This document shows positions 13,836-28,944 of a stretch of DNA of 64,000 nucleotides, in pieces; the stretch's first letter is position 1, and every line of letters starts with the position of its first letter. The DNA comes from Eledone cirrhosa (Eukaryota). The notes beneath the pieces are model-generated. The model worked only from the letters and a program-made list of their open reading frames with translations. It did not search any database and was not told the origin of the DNA. The DNA lies in assembly GCA_964016885.1 (NCBI GenBank), contig OZ024747.1, positions 44,206,001 to 44,270,000 of the forward strand, given 5' to 3'. The position numbers and the translations under genes were made by a program.

Positions 13836-14143
13836 CGTGTGTATATATATATATATATATGTGTATGTATATATGAGTGTATACATATATATATATATAT
13901 ATGTTAATGGTAGCTAACCAGTAACCAACCCAAGGACGCGCAAAGGGGATGAAGGTGGATGATATAGGCTTGTAGGGACAGAAAACCCCAGAAAAATCCG
14001 AAATCAATAGACGTGTCCGAGGAACCTGCGACACTAGATTCAGGTAGATCCACACACAGATCGCACCTCGAGCTGTTCGCCGGGGAAACAATTGTAACAC
14101 ACAATAAATTGAGTTCCGATGCATCACTGATTTTTCGTTTTCC

Positions 14144-14186
<43 letters not shown>

Positions 14187-14222
14187 GATATTAAACAAAT
14201 GGAAACTATATTTATAAAACCA

Positions 14223-14843
14223 TGTTTTCATATAAATATAAATATAAATATATATATATATATATGCAAAAGTTTTATTTAAAATTGTTGGGTTACAACG
14301 AGTAAATATTTTATAACTTATATAAAGCACTCAACAAGTTTTGGAGTAGATATACGATATTAAACAAATGGAAACTATATTTATAAAACCATATTTATTT
14401 CATTATACATATTTCAGGGATGCCATATTAAAAATATGGCATGCCTTCTTCATATAAAATACAATATATAAGCCGTTTTATAAATAAATTTGACGTACCA
14501 TAAAATATTGATCAACTTCTATTTAAAAAAGTTGGTTTGGTAGTTTTTAAATGGAAGTTGATCAATATTTTATGGTACGTCAAATTTATTTATAAAACTG
14601 CTTATATATTGTATTTTATCAGAAGAAGGCATGCCATATTTTTAATATGGTATCCCTGAAATATGTATAATGAAATAAATATGGTTTTATTAATATAGTT
14701 TCCATTTGTTTAATATCGTATATCTACTCCAAAACTGGTTGAGTGCTTTAAATAAGTTATAAAATATTTACTCGTTGTAACCCAACAATTTTAAATAAAA
14801 CTTTTGCATATATATATATATATATTTATATTTATATGAAAAC
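14223..14843. repeat. Fold-back palindrome (~300-bp arms) containing two degenerate HHR copies
   Basis: gcaaaagttttattt...acttctatttaaaaa / tttttaaatggaagt...aaaacttttgc; centre near 14535. Confidence 0.95.
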
Positions 14844-15035
14844 AGGGCGAAAAAGACGATTATTAGGAAGAAAAAAAAATGTTTTCTCTTTTTTCTGGGT
14901 TAGAAAATGTTTAAAACAAAAGGTATTAGTTAATTTATTTATTAATTAACAATGGTATTTATTTATTTATTTATTTATTGTCTCTCTCGCTCTCTCCCTC
15001 TCTCTATCTCTCTATCTCTCTCTCTCTCTCTCTCC

Positions 15036-15115
<80 letters not shown>

Positions 15116-18100
15116 TGTTTATGCATGCTGATGTAGGCGGTAAATTGCCAAGCCCCTCGTCAGATAGAATATTTTACGGCAGAGGTTCTCACAGTGGACG
15201 CTACCGCCCACAAGGAGATATTGAGAAGGTCCAGTGGACGCTGGAGCCTAAGGGGCCAATGAAGGTGATATAATAGTATATTAAATATGAAATGATACAT
15301 ATATATAAATTTAGTAAAATAGAAAATATATAATATTTAATTATACTTAGTATATATTATACATAAATTAACGATTTTATTGATCATATAGTATTTACAA
15401 CTTGCGTGTATGCAGGTCTCTCTGGGAGTAGGGTTGGGGCGTTGAGGGTATTACGTGGGCGTGAATGGGGTGGTGATCCAAATGTTTGAGAACTTTTGTG
15501 GTAAACGTTTCCTATAGTCCTAATAGGAAAGTTATTTTTATTGAATCACTCATGAAACTTCCTATTGAAATGTCTGGTGTTTCAACAAACACCAAATAAA
15601 AGAACCTAAAACATTCAAGCAAACAATAGCTGCTTTACAACTTCACATGTTTTCTTCCGGTGGCATATATATAAGTTTCTACTTTTGGCACAAGGCCAGC
15701 AATTATTCCAGTGCATTACTGGTACTTTATTTTATCGACCCCGTATGCAAAGTTACCCTCGGCGGGATTTGAACTCAGACCATAAAGGGCCGTAACTCTT
15801 TGCTGCAAAGCATGGCGTCCGACCCTCTACTAATACTGCCAATCCACCATATATAATTGTTTCTACTTTTTGGCACAAGGGCAGCAAATACCAAGTGCAT
15901 TACTGGTACTTTATTTTATCGACCCCGTAAGGATGAAAGGCAAAGTTAACCTCGGCGGGATTCGAACTCAGAATGGCAAGAGCCCTAACTCTATGCGTTA
16001 AAGCATAGCGTCCGTCCCTCTACGGATATTGCCAATCCACCGGCCTCCACCATATATAATGATCCGAATAAGGTGAAAGATTCGTTCTCGGTATGGTGAA
16101 CTACTTCTATATGTATATATATAATTGTTTCTACTTTTGGCACAAGGCCAGCAAAAACTTAGTGCATTACTGGTACTTTATTTTATCGACGGTATTTGAA
16201 CTCAGAATGGCAAGGGCCGTAAAAATCCTGCCGTGAAACATGGCGTTCTATCAGAAATAATTGTTGTTCATACGAATGTTCAGTGTGAATGCAAAGAATC
16301 TCCACTAACAATTTTATAAATAACATGTATATAAAGAACACCACTCAGGCGGCACTTCTCCCCTCTCAATTGGTCATTAAATAAACTAACTGAGAACGAT
16401 CCTCAATGGTAAAACTATTCAAGTAAAGGCGGAGACTTGACTAGTTCACCTGTTTCACGCTCAGGGAGAAGAGCTACACCTCATCATCGTGGTGTTGTTG
16501 TACCGCTCAATAGAATCGGATACCGTTGCGACACATACTTAAGAAATGATCCTTAAAAGCATGGTCTTAACTAAGCTTCGATACTGTCAAATATATATAC
16601 AATTTCTATGTGGTACATTAATGACGTGACCTATTTTACATATCAACCTAAAGTTAACCTTTAATTTAATTATTAACCTTAATTCAGATAAAAGTATTCA
16701 TCAATATATAATTATTAATGGATATTAAATATACATAACTTCAATTTTCTGTTTTTAATGACAGTTAACTATCTTTTTTAGATTAAAATATATTTATGTC
16801 TGTTATGTATTTTGGTTAATGTCTAAAAAGAGATAAAATTAAAGGGAGATAATTCTGATATTTATCTGTGAAAGAATGTCAGCCACGTGTTTCAAATGAT
16901 GTCAAGGATGGTTCATAGGAGGTATAGCCTTCTTTTATTATTGATTGAGACCAGATTTCATTTCGGAAATTTAATGTTCGTAACGTTTTATCGTGTCCAC
17001 AAGAGAGTCGGCTAGAAAGGTTGACTAGATGTGGTTCCACCACAGCTGAAGTCATTGCTGTCCTATCTTATTAAACACTGCCAAGTCCAATCCAGTGCAG
17101 GGGTGTTCCAGCAGAGGGCATATCAGGTTGTGCTGTGTTTCGAGGCCGCAGTCACACACAACGTCCCCATCCTTTAACCCTTTAGCATTCAGATTATTCG
17201 TGGTTTGGCAGTATCGGTAGAGGGTCGGACGCCACGCTTTGACGCATAGAGTTACGGCCCTTGCCATTCTGAGTTCAAATCGCGCCAAGGTTACCTTTGC
17301 CTCTCATCCTTACGGCGTCGATAAAATAAAGTACCAGTAATGTACTGAATAATTGCTGGTTTTGTGCCTAACGTAGAAACAATTATTCTATGGTGGATTA
17401 GCAGAATCGGTAGAGGGTCGGACGCCATACTTTGAAGCATAGAGTTACCTCCCTTTATGATCTGAGTTCAGATCCCGCCGAGGTTAAGTATGCCTTTCAT
17501 CCTTACGGGGTCGATAAAATAAAGTACCAGTAATGTACTGGATAATTTGCTGGCCTTGTGCCAAAAGTAAAAACAATTATTCTATATATACTATTATATT
17601 TTGATGGTAAAAGCTTTATCTCACATAATTATCCCACATAATATCGAATCTATGAGATTTTAAAAGTATTTATTTTGAGAACAATACCTTAACATCAGTT
17701 TGAGCGACCAGTTACAGCCAGTTTCAACAGAAAGAGGTAGAGAATTCTTACCGGTTTTAACATTTAATGGTTAAATATCTCCATTTTACCAGATTGGTTT
17801 TGCACAACCAACACTAAACCTTAATTTGTTGAGGAATTTCCACACTGCATAGTTTATATCTACTCCGGGAGTTAATGCCTCACTCGCCTTTAGCTCCATT
17901 GTTGTTACATATGGGAGGTTGTTAAGTGTTTCTTCCCAGCCTAAAATAATTTTCTGTGATGTTTCTAGCGATTATTTTATGTGTATAACTAGTTTTCTAC
18001 ACCCACACACGTCCTCTTCGATTCCTCATAAGCTTGTCACTATACATATATCTATAAAATAACAAATATATATATATATATTTACACACGCACACACATA

Positions 18101-18142
18101 CATTCATATATATGTATATATATCTATCTATATATATATATA

Positions 18143-18276
<134 letters not shown>

Positions 18277-18754
18277 CGTGTGTATATATATATATATATA
18301 TGTGTATAAAGGACGTAAAATAAGAATATTTTCTTATTTTACGTCCTTTATATTATTGTTCTGCATTCTCCTGCATTGAACCACCTAGGTACTATGACAT
18401 AACCTGTGTATTTGCTGGCATGGGCGTGCATCTGTGCGCTTATGTTAGTTGATATATTAAATTATATATATGTGTATGTATATATGAGTGTATACATATA
18501 TATATATATATATGTTAATGGTAGCTAACCAGTAACCAACCCAAGGACGCGCAAAGGGGATGAAGGTGGATGATATAGGCTTGTAGGGACAGAAAACCCC
18601 AGAAAGATCCGAAATCAATAGACGTGTCCGAGGAACCTGCGACACTAGAGTCAGGTAGATCCACACACAGATCGCACCTCGAGCTGTTCGCCGGGTAAAC
18701 AATTATAACACACAATAAATTGAGTTCCGATGCATCACTGATTTTTCGTTTTCC

Positions 18755-18819
<65 letters not shown>

Positions 18820-18855
18820 GATATTAAACAAATGGAAACTATATTTATAAAACCA

Positions 18856-19471
18856 TGTTTTCATATAAATATAAATATAAATATATATATATGCAAAAGT
18901 TTTATTTAAAATTGTTGGGTTACAACGAGTAAATATTTTATAACTTATATAAAGCACTCAACAAGTTTTTGAGTAGATATACGATATTAAACAAATGGAA
19001 ACTATATTTATAAAACCATATTTATTTCATTATACATATTTCAGGGATGCCATATTAAAAATATGGCATGCCTTCTTCAGATAAAATACAATATATAAGC
19101 AGTTTTATAAATAAATTTGACGTACCATAAAATATTGATCAATTTCTATTTAAAAAAGTTGGTTTGGTAGTTTTTAAATGGAAGTTGATCAATATTTTAT
19201 GGTACGTCAAATTTATTTATAAAACTGCTTATATATTGTATTTTATCAGAAGAAGGCATGCCATATTTTTAATATGGTATCCTTGAAATATGTATAATGA
19301 AATAAATATGGTTTTATTAATATAGTTTCCATTTGTTTAATATCGTATATCTACTCCAAAACTTGTTGAGTGCTTTATATAAGTAATAAAATATTTACTC
19401 GTTGTAATCCAACAATTTTAAATAAAACTTTTGCATATATATATATATATATTTATATTTATATGAAAACA
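18856..19471. repeat. Second copy of the fold-back palindrome
   Basis: Near-identical to 14223-14843. Confidence 0.95.
19023..19088 (-). ncRNA. Type-I hammerhead ribozyme, canonical core
   Basis: tattttat-CTGAAGA-aggcatgccatatt ttt aatatggcatccct-GAAA-T-ATGT-A-TA-atgaaata; 8-bp stem I, 13-bp stem II, overlapping AATAAA. Confidence 0.75.
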
Positions 19472-22196
19472 GGGCGAAAAAGACGATTATTAGGAAGAAA
19501 ACTTTTTTTTTCTCTTTTTTCTGGGTTAGAAAATGTTTAAAACAAAAGGTATTAGTTAATTTATTTATTAATTAACAATGGCATTTATTTATATATTTAT
19601 TAATTGTCTCTCTCGCTCTCTCTCTCTCTCTCTCTCCATATTTATATATATATATATATATATACAATTGTTTATGCATGCTGATGTAGGCGGTAAATTG
19701 CCAAGCCCCGGCCAGATAGAATATTTTACGGCAGAGGTTCTCACAGTGGACGCTACCGCCCACAAGGAGATATTGAGAAGGTCCAGTGGACGCTGGAGCC
19801 TAAGGGGCCAATGAAGGTGATATAATAGTATATTAAATATGAAATGATACATATATATAAATTTAGTAAAATAGAAAATATATAATATTTAATTATACTT
19901 AGTATATATTATACATAAATTAACGATTTTATTTATCATATAGTATTTACAACTTGCGTGTATGCAGGTCTCTCTGGGAGTAGGGTTGGGGCGTTGAGGG
20001 TATTACGTGGGCGTGAATGGGGTGGTGATCCAAATGTTTGAGAACGTTTGTGGTAAACGTTTCCTATAGTCCTAATAGGAAAGTTATTTTTATTGAATCA
20101 CTCATGAAACTTCCTATTGAAATGTCTGGTGTTTCAACAAACACCAAATAAAAGAACCTAAAACATTCAAGCAAACAATAGCTGCTTTACAACTTCACAT
20201 GTTTTCTTCCGGTGGCATATATATAAGTTTCTACTTTTGGCACAAGGCCAGTAATTAATCCAGTGCATTACTGGTACTTTATTTTATCGACCCCGTAAGC
20301 AAAGTTACCCTCGGCGGGATTTGAACTCAGACCATAAAGGGCCGTAACTCTTTGCTGCAAAGCATGGCGTCCGACCCTCTACCAATACTGCCCATCCACC
20401 ATATATAATTGTTTCTACTTTTGGCACAAGGGCAGCAAATACCAAGTGCATTACTGGTACTTTATTTTATCGACCCCGTAAGGATGAAAGGCAAAGTTAA
20501 CCTCGGCGGGATTCGAACTCAGAATGGCAAGGGCCCTAAACTCTACGCGTTAAAGCATAGCGTCCGACCCTCTACGGATATTGCCAATCCACCGGCCTCC
20601 ACCATATATAATGATCCGAATAAGGTGAAACATCGTTCTCGGTATGGTGAACTACTTCTATATGTATATATATAATTGTTTCTACTTTCGGCACAAGGCC
20701 AGCAAAAACTTAGTGCATTACTGGTATATATTATCGACGGCATTTGAACTCAGTATGGCAAGGGCCGTAAAAATCCTGCCGTGAAGCATGGCGTTCTATC
20801 AGAAATAATTGTTGTTCATACGAATGTTCAGTGTGAATGCAAAGAATCTCCACTCACAATTTTATAAATAACATGTATATAAAGAACACCACTCAGGCGG
20901 CACTTCTCCCCTCTCAGTTAGTCATTAAATAAACTAACTGAGAACGATCCTCAATGGTAAAACTATTCAAGTAAAGGCGGAGACTTGATTAGTTCACCTG
21001 TTTCACGCTCAGGGAGAAGAGCTACACCTCATCATCGTGGTGTTGTTGTACCGCTCAATAGAATCGGATACCGATGCGACACATACTTAAGAAATGATCC
21101 TTAAAAGCATGGTCTTAACTAAGCTTCGATACTGTCAAATATATATACAATTTCTATGTGGTACATTAATGACGTGACCTATTTTACATATCAACCTAAA
21201 GTTAACCTTTAATTTAATTATTAACCTTAATTCAGATAAAAGTATTCATCAATATATAATTAGTAATGTATATTAAATATACATAACTTCAATTTTCTGT
21301 TTTTAATGACAGTTAACTATCTTTTTTAGATTAAAATATATTTATGTCTGTTATGTATTTAGGTTAATTTCTAAAAAGAGATAAAATTAAAGGGAGATAA
21401 TTCAGCTATTTATCTGTGAAAAAATGTCAGCCACGTGTTTCAAATGATATCTAGGGTGGTTCATAGGAGGTATAGCCTTCTTTTATTATTAATTGCCTTT
21501 CATCCTTACGGGGTCGATAAAATAAAGTACCAGTAATGCACTGGGTAATTGCTGGCCTTGTGCCTAAAGTAGAAACAATTATTAATATACTGGGTAATTG
21601 CTGGCCTTGTGCCAAAAGTAAAAACAATTATTCTATATATACTATTATATTTTGATGGTAAAGGCTTTATCTCACATAATTATCCCACATAATATCGAAT
21701 CTATGAGATTTTAAAAGTATTTATTATTAAGAACAATACCTTAACATCAGTTTGAGCGACCAGTTACAGCCAGTTTCAACAGAAAGAGGTAGAGAGTTCT
21801 TGCCGGTTTTAACATTTAATGGTTAAATATCTCCATTTTACCAGATTGGATTTGCACAACCAACAGTAAACCTTAATTTGTTGAGGAATTTCCACACTGC
21901 ATAGTTTATATCTACTCCGGGAGTTAATGCCTCACTCGCCTTTAGCTCCATTGTTGTTACATATGGGAGGTTGTTAAGTGTTTCTTCCCAGCCTAAAATA
22001 ATTTTCTGTGATGTTTCTAGCGATTATTTTATTTGTATAACTAGTTTTCTACACCCACACACGTCCTCTTCGATTCCTCATAACCTTGTCACTATACATA
22101 TATCTATAAAATAACAAATATATATATATATATTTACACACGCACACACATACATTCATATATATGTATATCTATCTATCTATATATCTATCTATC

Positions 22197-22233
<37 letters not shown>

Positions 22234-22560
22234 ATATATATGTGTGTGTGTGTGTATATATATATGTATATATATATGTATATATATATGTATATATGTG
22301 TGTATACATATATATATATGTTAATGATAGCTAACCAGTAACCAACCCAAGGACGCGCAAAGAGGATGAAGGTGGATGATATAGGCTTGTAGGGACAGGA
22401 AACCCCAGAAAGATCCGTAATCAATAGACGTGTCCGAGGAACCTGTGAGTCTAGAGTCAGGTAGATCCACACACAGATCTCACCTCGAGCTGTTCGCCGG
22501 GGAAACAATTGTAACACATAATAAATTGAGTTCCGATGCATCACTGATTTTTCATTGTCC

Positions 22561-22625
<65 letters not shown>

Positions 22626-22816
22626 TTATATGAAAACAGGGAGAAAAAGACGATTATTAGGAAGAACATTTTTTTTTTTTTCTCTTTTTTCTGGGTTAGA
22701 AAATGTTTAAAACAAAAGATATTAGTTAATTTATTTATTAATTAACAATGGCATTTATTTATTTATTTATATATTTATTAATTGTCTCTCTCTCTCCCTC
22801 TCTCTATCTCTCTCCA

Positions 22817-22866
<50 letters not shown>

Positions 22867-22944
22867 TTGAAAAAAAATGAAAACGAAAAACGAAATTTCA
22901 TTTCTCACTCTTAGTATGGCACTTACTTAAATGTAAGTATGTAT

Positions 22945-23196
22945 ATATATAGAAAAGAGAAAAAAGGACGATTGATTATTCCTTCATTGCATTTTTGGAT
23001 AGGTGACGCGCGTTTCGCCACTGATCAGCTCAAGGTTCGATCTATATCGATCCTACTCGACTCGAGCCGCCGATTATTGAGTCGGGTAGGATCGATATAG
23101 ATCGAACCTTGAGCTGATCAGTGGCAAAACGCGCGTCACCTATCAATAAATACAATGAAGGAATAATCAATCGTCCTTTTTATCCTTTCTATATAT
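22945..23196. repeat. Fold-back palindrome (~118-bp arms) carrying HHR 3' halves
   Basis: gataggtgacgcgcgtttcgccactgatcagctc...gagctgatcagtggcaaaacgcgcgtcacctatc followed by AATAAA. Confidence 0.93.
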
Positions 23197-23292
23197 TACA
23201 CTCTGTATAGCTCTATACATCATCACAGAAGTGAACCTAAACATCGAGTGTTCACCCGGGTGAACCTGCAGTAACTCCTAGTTACACCAACT

Positions 23293-23379
<87 letters not shown>

Positions 23380-25804
23380 TGTTTATGCATGCTGATGTAG
23401 GCGGTAAATTGCCAAGCCCCTCGTCAGATAGAATATTTTACGGCAGAGGTTCTCACAGTGGACGCTACCGCCCACAAGGAGATATTGAGAAGGTCCAGTG
23501 GACGCTGGAGCCTAAGGGGCCAATGAAGGTGATATAATAGTATATTAAATATGAAATGATACATATATATAAATTTAGTAAAATAGAAAATATATAATAT
23601 TTAATTATACTTAGTATATATTATACATAAATTAACGATTTTATTTATCATATAGTATTTACAACTTGCGTGTATGCAGGTCTCTCTGGGAGTAGGGTTG
23701 GGGCGTTGAGGGTATTACGTGGACGTGAATGGGGTGGTGATCCAAATGTTTGAGAACGTTTGTGGTAAACGTTTCCTATAGTCCTAATAGGAAAGTTATT
23801 TTTATTGAATCACTCATGAAACTTCCTATTGAAATGTCTGGTGTTTCAACAAACACCAAATAAAAGAACCTAAAACATTCAAGCAAACAATAGCTGCTTT
23901 ACAACTTCACATGTTTTCTTCCGGTGGCATATATATAAGTTTCTACTTTTGGCACAAGGCCAGTAATTATTCCAGTGCATTACTGGTACTTTATTTTATC
24001 GACTCCGTAAGCAAAGTTACCCTCGGCGGGATTTGAACTCAGACCATAAAGGGCCGTAACTCTTTGCTGCAAAGCATGGCGTCCGACCCTCTACTAATAC
24101 TGCCAATCCACCATATATAATTGTTTCTACTTTTGGCACAAGGGCAGCAATTACCAAGTGCATTACTGGTACTTTATTTTATCGACCCCGTAAGGATGAA
24201 AGGCAAAGTTAACCTCGGCGGGATTCGAACTCAGAATGGCAAGGGCCCTAACTCTATGCGTTAAAGCATAGCGTCCGACCCTCTACAGATATTGCCAATC
24301 CACCGGCCTCCACCATATATAATGATCCGAATAAGGTGAAAGATTCGTTCTCGGTATGGTGAACTACTTCTATATGTATATATATAATTGTTTCTACTTT
24401 TGGCACAAGGCCAGCAAAAACTTAGTGCATTACTGGTACTTTATTTTATCGACGGTATTTGAACTCGGAATGGCAAGGGCCGTAAAAATCCTGCCGTGAA
24501 ACATGGCGTTCTATCAGAAATAATTGTTGTTCATACGAATGTTCAGTGTGAATGCAAAGAATCTCCACTAACAATTTTATAAATAACATGTATATAAAGA
24601 ACACCACTCAGGCGGCACTTCTCCCCTCTCAATTGGTCATTAAATAAACTAACTGAGAACGATCCTCAATGGTAAAACTATTCAAGTAAAGGCGGAGACT
24701 TAACTAGTTCACCTGTTTCACGCTCAGGGAGAAGAGCTACACCTCATCATCGTGGTGATAAAAGTATTCATCAATATATAATTATTAATGTATATTAAAT
24801 ATACATAACTTCAATTTTCTGTTTTTAATGACAGTTAATTATCTTTTTTAGATTAAAATATATTTATGTCTGTTATATATTTTGGTTAATTTCCAAAAAG
24901 AGATAAAATTAAAGGGAGATAATTCAGCTATTTATCTGTGAAGAAAGAATGTCAGCCAAGTGTTTCAAATGATATCTAGGATGGTTCATAGGAGGTATAG
25001 ATCTGAGTTCAAATCCCGCCCAGGTTGACTTTGCATTTTCATCCTTACGGGGTCGATAAAATAAAGTACCAGTAATGCACTGGGTAATTGCTGGCCTTGT
25101 GCCTAAAGTAGAAACAATTATTAATGTACTGGGTGGTGGATTGGCAGGATCGGGAGAGGGTCAGATGCCGCCACGCTTTGCAGCACAGTTACGTCCCTTT
25201 ACGAACTGAGTTCAAATCCTGCCGAGGTTAAATTTGCCTTTCATCCTTACGGATTCGATAAAATAAAGTACCAGTAATGTACTGGGTAATTTGCTGGCCT
25301 TGTGCCAAAAGTAGAAACAATTATTCTATATATACTATTATATTTTGATGGTAAAGGCTTTATCTCACATAATTATCCCACATAATATCGAATCTATGGG
25401 ATTTTAAAAGTATTTATTTTGAGAACAATACCTTAACATCAGTTTGAGCGACCAGTTACAGCCAGTTTCAACAGAAAGAGGTAGAGAATTCTTACCGGGT
25501 TTAACATTTAATGGTTAAATATCTCCATTTTACCAGATTGGTTTTGCACCACCAACACTAAACCTTAATTTGTTGAGGAATTTCCACACTGCATAGTTTA
25601 TATCTACTCCGGGAGTTAATGCCTCACTCGCCTTTAGCTCCATTGTTGTTACATATGGGAGATTGTTAAGTGTTTCTTCCCAGCCTAAAATAATTTTCTG
25701 TGATGTTTCTAGCGATTATTTTATTTGTATAACTAGTTTTCTACACCCACACACGTCCTCTTCGATTCCTCATAACCTTGTCACTATACATATATCTATA
25801 AAAT

Positions 25805-25875
<71 letters not shown>

Positions 25876-25910
25876 TTACATACGCTCACACATACATTCA
25901 TACATATGTA

Positions 25911-25945
<35 letters not shown>

Positions 25946-26458
25946 ATATGTATATATGTGAGTGTGTATATATATATATATGTGTGTGTGTATATATATA
26001 TATGTATATGTGTGTATATGTATATATATATATATGTATATATACGTGTGTATACATATATATGTGGGTGTATAAATATATGTATATTATATATGTCTAA
26101 CGGTAGCTAACCAGTGACCAAGCCAAGGACACGCAAAGGGGATGAAGGTGGACGATATAGGCTTGTAGGGACAGAAAAACCCAGAAAGATCCGAAATCAA
26201 TAGACGTGTCCGAGGAACCTGCGACACTAGAGTCAGGTCGATACACACACGGATCGCACCTCGATCATAGTATAATAAACCTTTTAAGGAATTACACCAG
26301 TGCAGCCTCCTGTTATGTTATAATAATTGACTCAGTACTCGCACCACCAGCAACACAACCGAAGACGAGTGAGTTGCATTACGTCGAGTGCTCTCCATAA
26401 TATTACATCGAGGTTGACCATACGGAATGACCAGTTCTATCCAGTGGTAAACCAACAA

Positions 26459-26544
<86 letters not shown>

Positions 26545-26549
<5 letters not shown>

Positions 26550-26816
26550 GGAAAACGAAAAATCAGTGATGCATCGGAACTCAATTTATTGTGTGTTACA
26601 ATTGTTTCCCCGGCGAACAGCTCGAGGTGCGATCTGTGTGTGGATCTACCTGACTCTAGACTCACAGGTTCCTCGGACACGTCTATTGATTACGGATCTT
26701 TCTGGGGTTTTCTGTCCCTACAAGCCTATATCATCCACCTTCATCCCCTTTGCGCGTCCTTGGGTTGGTTACTGGTTAGCTACAATTAACACACACATAT
26801 ATATATATATATGTAT

Positions 26817-26894
<78 letters not shown>

Positions 26895-26937
26895 CTAATG
26901 GTAGCTATATGTGTATATATATATGTGTGTATACATA

Positions 26938-26970
<33 letters not shown>

Positions 26971-27026
26971 GTATATACACACACATATATATATATATAC
27001 ACATATATATATACACACACATATAT

Positions 27027-27078
<52 letters not shown>

Positions 27079-27079
27079 T

Positions 27080-27139
<60 letters not shown>

Positions 27140-27198
27140 CACACACACATATATATATATACACATATATATATACACACACACATATATACACACAT

Positions 27199-27255
<57 letters not shown>

Positions 27256-27257
27256 CT

Positions 27258-27311
<54 letters not shown>

Positions 27312-27390
27312 AAACTGGAACGGGAACAAAATCAGAGAGGCAGTACAAACAAAGGTTTAGATATATGAATGTATGTGTGTGCGTGTGTAA

Positions 27391-27422
<32 letters not shown>

Positions 27423-28400
27423 TTCTTATTTTATAGATATATGTATAGTGACAAGGTTATGAGGAATCGAAGAGGACGTGTGTGGGTGTAGAAAACTAGT
27501 TATACACATAAAATAATCGCTAGAGTATTACTGGTACTTTATTTTATCGACTCCATAAGGATGAAAGGCAAAGTTAACCTCGGCGAGATTTGAACTCTGA
27601 ATGGCAAGGGCCGTAACTCTATGCGGCAAAGCATGGCGTCCGACCCTCTACCGATACTGAAGAAAGATATACCTCCTATGAACCACCCTAGATCATTTGA
27701 AACACGTGGCTGACATTCTTTCACAGATAAATATCTGAATTATCTCCCTTTAATTTTAATCTCTTTTTAGAAATTAACCAAAATACATAACAGATACAAA
27801 TATATTTTAATCTAAAAAAGATAGTTAACTGTCATTAAAAACAGAAAATTGAAGTTATGTATATTTAATATACATTAATAATTATATATTGATGAATACT
27901 TTTATCTGAATTAAGGTTAATAATTAAATTAAAGGTTAACTTTAGGTTGATATGTAAAATAAGTCACGTCATTAATGTACCACATAGAAATTGTATATAT
28001 ATTTGACAGTATCGTAGTTTAGTTAAGACCATGCTTTTAAGGATCATTTCTTAAGTATGTGTCGCAACGGTATCCGATTCTATTGAGCGGTACAACAACA
28101 CCACGATGATGAGGTGTAGCTCTTCTCCCTGAGCGTGAAACAGGTGAACTAGTCAAGTCTCCGCCTTTACTTGAATAGTTTTACCATTGAGGATCGTTCT
28201 CAGTTAGTTTATTTAATGACTAATTGAGAGGGGAGAAGTGCCGCCTGAGTGGTGTTCTTTATATACATGTTATTTATAAAATTGGATATTCGTAGGAACA
28301 ACAAATATTATCTGGTAGACTGCCGGGCAACCAGAGTTTACGGGTATATACGCCGCCAGAAGAAAACATGTGAAGTTGTAAAGCAGCTATTGTTTGATTG
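26545..28400 (-). repeat. Inverted partial copy of the tandem unit at the right end of the array
   Basis: Reverse complement of the HHR module, the ttcgattcctcataacc segment and the 11880-12500 segment. Confidence 0.9.
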
Positions 28401-28944
28401 AATGGTTGTTTTGTTTTTTTAGCTTTATTTGGTGTGGCTCATCTCCCTGAACGTGAAACATGAACTATGTATAAATAAACATTATCTATTTTTATTTAAC
28501 TTTATTTCTATATAAAGTGTACCATTTAATATTTAATATATTATTAGATCATCTCCCCGCCCCTTGGACTTTCCCCGGGTGGCCGTAGCGCCCACTTTAA
28601 GAACCTCTGCGTTAGGCACAATCAACTATAGAATTAACCTACAAATATATAGCATTAGTTACCGCCCTTTAATGTTCAAATCACGCCGAGGTTAACTTTG
28701 CTTTTCATCCTTACGGGGTCGATAAAATAAAGTACCAGTAATACACTGAGATAATTGCTGGTTTTGTGCCAAAAGTAGAAACAATTATATATTACAAATA
28801 TATAGCCTTTTTGTAACTATTATTTACCCATGGACTGGCAGGCTAAAGATTAAAAGTGACCCAGCCAGGACCATCTTGTATATTGCATTTCAAAAACCAC
28901 TTTTTTTTTAAAACTGGCTGTGATTTGAAGTACATTTAGTGTGT

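Noticed and set aside
20409-20675. 88-aa ORF
   Set aside because: Antisense SINE translation
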